Assembly (NCBI GenBank): GCA_944390225.1
Contig: CALXPB010000002.1
Location: 63,650 to 127,649, forward strand
Direction of reading: 5' to 3'
Source: an uncultured Alphaproteobacteria bacterium
Lineage (GTDB): Bacteria; Pseudomonadota; Alphaproteobacteria; Rs-D84
DNA length: 64,000 nt
The notes beneath the pieces are model-generated. The model was given only the letters and a program-made list of their open reading frames with translations. It was not told the origin of the DNA and ran no database searches. The translations under genes and the position numbers were made by a program. This document shows positions 1-7,044 of the stretch, piece after piece. Positions within the stretch are counted from its first letter, which is position 1. The number at the start of each line of letters is the position of its first letter.

Positions 1-1
1 A

Positions 2-307
2 AGAATAAGATACCCTGATGTAATGACAATCGTTTTACAATACTCATTTAATAACTTGCATGTTTCCGATAAAGAATTTGGTGTCCAACTAACTTTTGAT
101 GGCAGACCTTTTTTCATACGCGTACCATTTTCTGCCTTGGTTGAATTCAAAGACCCGTCTGTTGATTTTATGTTATCATTTCACCCAAAAGGTGCAGCCG
201 CAGCAGATAATGATATGGAACTGCCGTTAGAAGAAAAACCTGAATCTGTGCCTGATGCTGGGCGAGTGGTGTCTCTTGACGAATTCAGAAAAAACAAAAA
301 TAAATAA
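2..307 (+). CDS. sspB: SspB-like ClpXP adaptor, C-terminal portion (5' end lies outside the window)
   Basis: The frame is open back to position 2, so the ATG at 23 is probably internal. The core sequence (TIVLQYSFNNLHV...FIRVPFSALVEFKDPSV) is followed by an acidic/Pro linker and a terminal VVSLDEFRKNK peptide. This resembles the ClpX-binding tail of alphaproteobacterial SspB, as I recall it. Confidence 0.6.
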   Translation, partial: RIRYPDVMTIVLQYSFNNLHVSDKEFGVQLTFDGRPFFIRVPFSALVEFKDPSVDFMLSFHPKGAAAADNDMELPLEEKPESVPDAGRVVSLDEFRKNKNK

Positions 308-332
308 AAAACCGGCTTTTACCGGTTTTTTT
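305..332. terminator. bidirectional intrinsic terminator between convergent sspB and accC
   Basis: A-run, stem AACCGG (310-315) / CCGGTT (322-327) with a 6-nt loop, then a T-run. Confidence 0.6.
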
Positions 333-1749
333 ACTTATTTTTTCTAACCACTTTCTTTTTCTTTCCGTCCTTTTTTTCAACCGGTTTGCTCTGAGCAATA
401 TCTTTACCGCCGGACAAATAGTTTTCTAACCAATGGTTATCAAAATTTAAGGTTTTTACATCCTTATTTTTTAATAAATTCTGCTGTAAAGGAATGGTAG
501 TTTTTACCCCTTCTATTACAAATTCATCCAATGCACGTGTTGCACGCATAATACATGCAGGTCTGTTTGGTGCATGAACTATTAATTTTGCAATCATAGA
601 ATCATACGTAGACGGTATGGTATACCCAGTATAAACAGCGCTATCTACGCGAACCCCCATTCCACCAGATGGCGCATATAATGTAATTTTACCAGGGTTA
701 GGAATAAAAGTTTCTGGATCCTCGGCATTTATTCGAAATTCTATTGCATGTCCATGCGGAACAACATTAGATTGCGAGTACCCCAATTTCTCACCCGCTG
801 CAACCCTTATCTGTTCACGAACCAAATCTACACCGTATACCATCTCTGTTACGGGGTGCTCTACTTGCAGACGAGTATTCATTTCTAAGAAATAAAACTT
901 TCCCCCCTCAAACATAAATTCAAACGTTCCGGCATTCGTATAACCCATCTTTTTTGCGGCGTTTTTGCATATTTCTATCATATCGTCGCGCTGTTTCTGC
1001 GTTAAAATAGTAGCCGGACATTCTTCCATAACTTTCTGATTCTTACGTTGCAAAGAACAATCACGTTCACCAAAGATAACTACATTACCATGCTGATCGC
1101 CCAGAACTTGGAATTCAATGTGTCTTGGGTGCAACAATAATTTTTCCATATATAAAGTGCCATCACCGAAACCGGATTTTGCCTCTTGTTTTGTAATCTG
1201 ATACGCATCTGGCATTTCTTCGGCCGACAAAACAGGACGAATACCGCGACCACCACCACCTGCCGCCGCTTTTAACATTACCGGATATCCTATTTTTTCC
1301 GCCCACCCAAGAGCATCTTCCAAAGACTTTATCGCCCCATCAGATCCTGGAACAACCGGCAAACCGCACTCAATGGCCGTTTTTTTTGCATTAACCTTAT
1401 CGCCCATTTTCTCTATCATGGCCGCAGACGGTCCAACCCATATTAAACCGTGCTGTTCCACCTTTTGCGCAAAGTCAGCACGTTCTGACAAGAAACCATA
1501 CCCAGGATGAATTGCATCGGCATTAGTCAATAATGCAGCCGTCAAAATGGCCGATTCGTTAAGATAAGAATCTTTTGATGGTCCAGGCCCTATACATACA
1601 GATTCATCCGCCAATTGTACATGCATGGCAGTTTTATCAACAGTGGAATAAACCGCCACCGTACGAATACCCATATCACGACACGCGCGAATTATTCGCA
1701 GTGCAATCTCACCGCGATTAGCAATTAAAACTTTTTTTATCTGAGACAT
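331..1749 (-). CDS. accC: acetyl-CoA carboxylase, biotin carboxylase subunit
   Basis: ATP-grasp hallmarks are present: KVLIANRGEIALRIIRA, the glycine loop AAAGGGGRGIR, and EMNTRLQVEHPVTE. The ORF-track start at 1758 is TTG; I prefer the ATG at 1749 (MSQIKK). The protein has a Lys-rich C-terminal tail. Confidence 0.95.
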   Translation of the reverse strand: MSQIKKVLIANRGEIALRIIRACRDMGIRTVAVYSTVDKTAMHVQLADESVCIGPGPSKDSYLNESAILTAALLTNADAIHPGYGFLSERADFAQKVEQHGLIWVGPSAAMIEKMGDKVNAKKTAIECGLPVVPGSDGAIKSLEDALGWAEKIGYPVMLKAAAGGGGRGIRPVLSAEEMPDAYQITKQEAKSGFGDGTLYMEKLLLHPRHIEFQVLGDQHGNVVIFGERDCSLQRKNQKVMEECPATILTQKQRDDMIEICKNAAKKMGYTNAGTFEFMFEGGKFYFLEMNTRLQVEHPVTEMVYGVDLVREQIRVAAGEKLGYSQSNVVPHGHAIEFRINAEDPETFIPNPGKITLYAPSGGMGVRVDSAVYTGYTIPSTYDSMIAKLIVHAPNRPACIMRATRALDEFVIEGVKTTIPLQQNLLKNKDVKTLNFDNHWLENYLSGGKDIAQSKPVEKKDGKKKKVVRKNK

Positions 1750-1750
1750 T

Positions 1751-2197
1751 TTATTCAATTACTATTATCGGTTGATCAAATTCAACGGCTTGACCGTCAG
1801 ATACCAATATCTCTTTAACTATTCCGTCTTTATCGGACTTAATCGGATTAAAGGTTTTCATTGCTTCTATCAAAGCAACCGTATCACCGACCCTTATCTG
1901 TGCACCAATCGAAGTAAATGGCTGAGCCCCAGGCTCTGGTGCAAGATAAGCAACCCCAACCATAGGTGACTTTAACGCATAACCGTTTATAGACTTTTCA
2001 GACGGTTCGCTGTTTGTATTTTTAGCCTCATTTGCAACCGGCAAGTTCGGCATAGCAACAGTCGTTGTCTGCTGTTTTGATAAATGAATATGTTTACGAT
2101 AAACGCCGAATAAAAATTGACGTTCCAGTTCAAGTTCTGTTATTCCCATTTCATCCATAATTTTTGACATGGATTCCACGGTCGCACGAAAAGACAT
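1751..2197 (-). CDS. accB: biotin carboxyl carrier protein
   Basis: Biotinyl-lysine motif EAMKTFN in the C-terminal lipoyl-like domain. The gene sits immediately upstream of accC. Confidence 0.9.
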   Translation of the reverse strand: MSFRATVESMSKIMDEMGITELELERQFLFGVYRKHIHLSKQQTTTVAMPNLPVANEAKNTNSEPSEKSINGYALKSPMVGVAYLAPEPGAQPFTSIGAQIRVGDTVALIEAMKTFNPIKSDKDGIVKEILVSDGQAVEFDQPIIVIE

Positions 2198-2260
2198 AAT
2201 TTAAATCCTTTTATATATTTCGCATTTATGTTTAAAATTTTACCACAATTCATTCTGTTG

Positions 2261-2512
2261 TCAAGGGACGGGGTCGTACCCAAAACCACCGCCAGGTCTG
2301 CAACGAAGAATTCGTTTAACAGCCAGAATACAGCCACGATATATTCCATGCTTTTCAATTGCTTGCTTGGCATATTCACTGCAAGTAGGCGTAAATCGAC
2401 ATGCTGCACGACCTCCAATAAACGGAGATATACAAAACTGATACGTTTTCAGCAACCATAACGCAATGTGCTGCAAAGCAATTGTAAAAATATTATTATT
2501 CTGATTTTCCAA
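2261..2512 (-). CDS. yidD: membrane protein insertion efficiency factor YidD
   Basis: YidD signature ISPF..CRFTPTCSEYAKQAIEKHG...RCRPGGGFGYDPVP. There is no N-terminal ATG, so a TTG start is assumed. It overlaps the end of rnpA. Confidence 0.85.
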   Translation of the reverse strand: MENQNNNIFTIALQHIALWLLKTYQFCISPFIGGRAACRFTPTCSEYAKQAIEKHGIYRGCILAVKRILRCRPGGGFGYDPVP

Positions 2513-2843
2513 GTTTTTGCTTTTTTATATATTTCAAGGCCTTTTTCATCTCTGCCCGACCTTCTTCACGCAAAGCCCCCAAAATCGCATGCCTTATTAT
2601 GAAAATATAGTCCAAATCATCTTCTAGATATTGTTCATTAAATCTTAACCAATCGCGTATCATCCTTTTAGCACGATTTCTATCCACAGCATGCTTAAAG
2701 GTCTTTTTTGTAACGATTAACCCATATCTTGGGTCGTCTGGTATTTTTGCTTTTTTTACGCGTACAAGGAAAAAGCGATTGCTAATACTAAGGTCGCCAT
2801 CGGCCTGTATAAAATCAATATGTTTTTTTATAGTATTTCTCAT
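2496..2843 (-). CDS. rnpA: ribonuclease P protein component
   Basis: A basic 115-aa protein directly upstream of yidD, containing KKTFKHAVDRNRAKRMIRDW. No rpmH is visible upstream. Confidence 0.8.
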   Translation of the reverse strand: MRNTIKKHIDFIQADGDLSISNRFFLVRVKKAKIPDDPRYGLIVTKKTFKHAVDRNRAKRMIRDWLRFNEQYLEDDLDYIFIIRHAILGALREEGRAEMKKALKYIKKQKLGKSE

Positions 2844-2959
2844 GCCGTCTATAATATCAAAAAAAAATCTGAATCAAATAAAAAAGCATATTTTATATAT
2901 AGGACAACTTGATTTTTTAGTTTTAAGGCTTTATAGTTCAAAAAAATCACTATACTTAG

Positions 2960-4016
<1,057 letters not shown>

Positions 4017-4018
<2 letters not shown>

Positions 4019-4047
4019 AAAAAGCCGGTATTTACCGGCTTTTTTTT
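4017..4047. terminator. bidirectional intrinsic terminator (mreB / HTH gene)
   Basis: A-run, AGCCGG (4023-4028), loop TATTTA, CCGGCT (4035-4040), T-run. Confidence 0.65.
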
Positions 4048-4261
4048 AATCAAATTTTGAATATCTGTCGTCAAATTTAATTGAATAAAGCGGGGCTGGG
4101 ACCGAAGAAATAAACATAATTAAATCAAAGGTTGTTAATTTCCGCCTGCCAGAAACAATATGCCAATATTCCTGTTCATTAACATTAAAAACATTGCACA
4201 TAAAAACAACGGATAAACCACGTTGCTGTCTAATAGATTCAATTTCCGCGCCAACCCGCAT
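4046..4261 (-). CDS. small XRE-family helix-turn-helix protein (71 aa)
   Basis: I use the internal ATG at 4261, which has AGGAG 7 nt upstream (minus strand). The sequence VGAEIESIRQQRGLSVVFMCNVFNVNEQEYWHIVSGRRKLT fits the HTH_3/XRE pattern. The upstream part of the 94-aa ORF runs into the RNA terminator and is unlikely to be coding. Confidence 0.6.
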   Translation of the reverse strand: MRVGAEIESIRQQRGLSVVFMCNVFNVNEQEYWHIVSGRRKLTTFDLIMFISSVPAPLYSIKFDDRYSKFD

Positions 4262-4284
4262 TTTCAAACTCCTGAATTTCAAAC

Positions 4285-4451
4285 AAAGAAAAACCACCAG
4301 AAAATTCAGGTGGTTGGAGTTTAGTAGCAATTGAACGAATTGCGGCCTTATTCAATATATTCAGCACACTCCAACCTATTGGTTGGATTTTCGCCTTAGT
4401 TTCAGGCGCGTTCAATGGGCTACTAATCCCAGCAACAGAACACCTGTTGCG
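4285..4451 (-). ncRNA. tandem structured sRNA / leader unit 1 (adjacent to the HTH gene)
   Basis: On the minus strand: -35 TTGATA (4486-4481), 17-nt spacer, -10 TATAAT (4463-4458). The 3' end is the hairpin ACCACC/GGTGGT (4314-4293) plus a U-run. Internal helices covary with units 2-5. Ends are approximate. Confidence 0.65.
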
Positions 4452-4520
4452 ATATGTATTATAACCACCCATAAATCATATATCAAATTATTTTTTCTGG
4501 TGTTTTTACTCCTTTACGTT

Positions 4521-4694
4521 AAACAAAAACCACCAGAAAATTCAGGTGGTTGGAGTTTCAACACAATTCAATCAGAAATTGCGGTCTTATTCAATATATT
4601 CAGACCACTCCAACCAATTAGTTGGAGATATGTTTCACCATCACTGGCGCTGATTGAATGGGTGTTGAATCCCAACAACAGAACACCTGTTGCG
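4521..4694 (-). ncRNA. tandem structured sRNA unit 2
   Basis: On the minus strand: TTGATA (4729-4724), N17, TATAAT (4706-4701). Terminator hairpin 4550-4529 followed by UUUUUGUUU. Ends are approximate. Confidence 0.65.
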
Positions 4695-4763
4695 GTATAT
4701 ATTATAACCACCCATAAATCATATATCAAATTATTTTTTCTGGTGTTTTTACTCCTTTACGTT

Positions 4764-4931
4764 AAACAAAAACCACCGGAAAATTCAGGTGGTTGGAGTT
4801 TCAACACAATTGCTAGGAATTGCGGCCTTATTCAATATATTCAGACCACTCCAACCTATTGGTTGGATTTTTACGTCATCGTTGACGCCTAGCAATGGGT
4901 GTTGAATCCCAACAACAGAACACCTGTTGCG
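4764..4931 (-). ncRNA. tandem structured sRNA unit 3
   Basis: On the minus strand: TTGATA (4966-4961), N17, TATAAT (4943-4938). Terminator hairpin 4793-4772 plus a U-run. Confidence 0.65.
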
Positions 4932-5000
4932 ATATGTATTATAACCACCCATAAACCATATATCAAATTATTTTTTCTGGTGTTTTTACTCCTTTACGTT

Positions 5001-5169
5001 AAACAAAAAACCACCGGAAAATTCAGGTGGTTGGAGTTTACAAACAATTGAACGAATTGCGTGCCTTATTCGATATATTCGGCACACTCCAACCTATTGG
5101 TTGGATTTTCGCCTGATAATCAAGCGCGTTCACTAGGTTTGTAAGCCCAGCAACAGAACACCTGTTGCG
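5001..5169 (-). ncRNA. tandem structured sRNA unit 4
   Basis: On the minus strand: TTGATA (5204-5199), N17, TATAAT (5181-5176). Terminator hairpin 5031-5010 plus a U-run. Confidence 0.65.
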
Positions 5170-5238
5170 GTATATATTATAACCACCCATAAACCATATA
5201 TCAAATTATTTTTTCTGGTGTTTTTACTCCTTTACGTT

Positions 5239-5414
5239 AAACAAAAAACCACCGGAAAATACAGGTGGTTGGAGTTTACAAACAATTCAATCAGAAATTG
5301 CGGTCTTATTCAATATATTCAGACTCACTCCAACCGATTAGTTGGAGATATTTTTCGCCATCACCGGCGCTGATTGAATAGGTTTGTAAGCCCAGCAACA
5401 GAACACCTGTTGCG
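5239..5414 (-). ncRNA. tandem structured sRNA unit 5 (distal)
   Basis: On the minus strand: TTGATA (5449-5444), N17, TATAAT (5426-5421). Terminator hairpin 5269-5248 plus a U-run. Confidence 0.65.
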
Positions 5415-5514
5415 ATATGTATTATAACCACCCATAAACCATATATCAAATTATTTTTTATGTACGACTGCATATTTGACAACGGTTTAATTTGTGCTAA
5501 ATTATAAAAAAACT

Positions 5515-6696
5515 ATGGATAATTATATGGATACAGAAGATTACAATATTTTTGATGATGTTATTGATAATGATGATTATTCTAGAATAAATCAAAATTT
5601 CTTTATTGAAGAATCTCTTGATACTAGGGTAAAGTATATCAGTTCTACTATTAACTCAAAAATCCGAACATTATCAGAAGTTTTTCTTGAATGGTTCTTA
5701 TTTGATTCTTCCGAAGAAAAAACTCTGGAATCTTTTATTAAATCTGAAAATATTGATGCTTTTATAACGCCAGAACAGTTTATGGATATAATGTCTAATA
5801 AAGCACATTTGGACGAGCATTTAATACTTTTGGTGCAACAAAAACTCCCGTTTCAAGTACCGCTTAAAAAGATGTATTATTTAAATTCACAAGCAAGAAA
5901 AAACTATACATATTGTATAAAAGTTCCGCCAGAAATTATTCACGATTTAATAAAAAAGGAATTAAATTTAAAAAAAGAAAAAATTAAACAACAGCGAAAA
6001 CAATATTACGAACAAAATCGTGATAAAATTGCGAAACAAAAAAAACAATACTGTGAAATTAATCGTGATAAAATTGCAAAACACAAAAAACAATATTACG
6101 AAGAAAATCGTGATAAAATTTTAGAATACACTAAACAATATTACGAAAAAAATCGTGATAAAATTGCAAAACATCAAAAACAATATTACGAAGAAAATCG
6201 TGATAAAATTTTAGAATATCGTGAACAAAGTCGTGATAAAATTGCAGAATACAAAAAACAATATTACAAAGAAAATCGTGATAAAATTGCAGAATACCAA
6301 AAACAATACCAAGAAAAAAACCGTAATAAAATTGCAGGATACCAGAAACAATACCGTGAAGAAAATCATGATAAAATGTTAAAATACCAACAAATGTATA
6401 AAGAAAGAAAAGAAATGGCCAAATCTGTATGTCCTGCTTTCCTTTTCCTTGATTCTCTTAAAAAAGAAAACATTGTTGTATATTTGACTTTGCATAAAAA
6501 ACATTCTGACATTATAGGAAAAGCCGTTAAATCTTGTAGGGCTCTTCAAAATATGGATTTTACTCTTTGCCCACTTTTTAAATCTGTTGATTCTGAACAA
6601 TATATGAAAGAATCTTGTCCTATGCCTAACGCTTTCGTTCTGCCACAATCTTTCGACATTATCAGAAACTTTGTAACAGTTTTAAAACAACGATAA
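5515..6696 (+). CDS. hypothetical protein with a central array of 15-aa KQYYEENRDKIxEYx repeats and a Cys-containing C-terminus
   Basis: Long ORF. The ORF-track start at 5494 is GTG; the first ATG is at 5515. A TTGACA-type promoter lies at about 5475. I recognise no family. Confidence 0.55.
   Translation: MDNYMDTEDYNIFDDVIDNDDYSRINQNFFIEESLDTRVKYISSTINSKIRTLSEVFLEWFLFDSSEEKTLESFIKSENIDAFITPEQFMDIMSNKAHLDEHLILLVQQKLPFQVPLKKMYYLNSQARKNYTYCIKVPPEIIHDLIKKELNLKKEKIKQQRKQYYEQNRDKIAKQKKQYCEINRDKIAKHKKQYYEENRDKILEYTKQYYEKNRDKIAKHQKQYYEENRDKILEYREQSRDKIAEYKKQYYKENRDKIAEYQKQYQEKNRNKIAGYQKQYREENHDKMLKYQQMYKERKEMAKSVCPAFLFLDSLKKENIVVYLTLHKKHSDIIGKAVKSCRALQNMDFTLCPLFKSVDSEQYMKESCPMPNAFVLPQSFDIIRNFVTVLKQR
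5995..6405 (+). repeat. about 9 tandem 45-bp coding repeats
   Basis: Units of the form caatattacgaagaaaatcgtgataaaatt... recur every 45 bp. One unit is shortened (EQSRDKIAEYK). Confidence 0.9.
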
Positions 6697-6716
6697 TTTT
6701 TGAAACTATTTTAATA

Positions 6717-6744
6717 TTGAAATCGTATTTTTCTTTGGTATAAT
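6717..6744 (+). promoter_or_regulatory. sigma70-type promoter for the tRNA-Val locus
   Basis: TTGAAA (6717-6722), 16-nt spacer, TATAAT (6739-6744). Confidence 0.55.
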
Positions 6745-6765
6745 CCTGAAAGTTTAAAGTTTATT

Positions 6766-6820
6766 GGGTGGTTAGCTCAGTTGGTCAGCCGCGTACGTTG
6801 ACATCGTAGGGGTCGTTGGC
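6766..6820 (+). pseudogene. truncated tRNA-Val copy (5' two-thirds only)
   Basis: About 54 nt match the first 54 nt of the intact tRNA-Val 83 bp downstream, with a few substitutions in the D arm and anticodon stem. After GTCGTTGG the sequence diverges, and there is no T-arm or acceptor 3' strand. Confidence 0.7.
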
Positions 6821-6848
6821 TTTCTGGACATAGCACCGAAAAAATATT

Positions 6849-6925
6849 GGGTGGTTAGCTCAGTTGGTTAGAGCGTTACGTTGACATCGTAAAGGTCGTT
6901 GGTTCGAGTCCAATACCACCCACCA
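6849..6925 (+). tRNA. tRNA-Val (anticodon GAC)
   Basis: Cloverleaf: acceptor GGGTGGT/ACCACCC, anticodon arm TTACG-TTGACAT-CGTAA, T-loop GGTTCGAGTCC, encoded CCA. Confidence 0.9.
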
Positions 6926-6998
6926 TTATAAAAAACCGAGAAAAAAGAAATGATGCGAATGTACAATTAATCTTACTAAAATTTCTGACGGGATTCCT

Positions 6999-7025
6999 GG
7001 GTGCCCCGTTGGGCACCCTTTTATT
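6999..7025 (+). terminator. intrinsic terminator after tRNA-Val
   Basis: GGGTGCCC (6999-7006), loop CGTT, GGGCACCC (7011-7018), then TTTTATT. Confidence 0.7.
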
Positions 7026-7044
7026 AAATAACAAAGGCGTAAAC

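Larger units (their letters stand above)
4285..5460 (-). repeat. five tandem ~240-bp repeat units (promoter + RNA + terminator)
   Basis: The period is about 237-243 bp, measured from terminator hairpin starts at 4293, 4529, 4772, 5010 and 5248. Conserved blocks alternate with variable blocks. Confidence 0.95.

Noticed and set aside
4383-4892. 169-aa plus-strand ORF spanning the tandem repeat array
   Set aside because: It exists only because the repeat units happen to keep a frame open. It has no SD, and its protein is an internally repeated low-complexity string. All promoter, terminator and covariation signals point to minus-strand RNAs.
4285-5460. Possible CRISPR array
   Set aside because: The period is about 240 bp, not 55-75 bp. 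The conserved and variable parts interlock as RNA helices rather than as repeat/spacer. Each unit has its own promoter and terminator, and there are no cas genes in the window.
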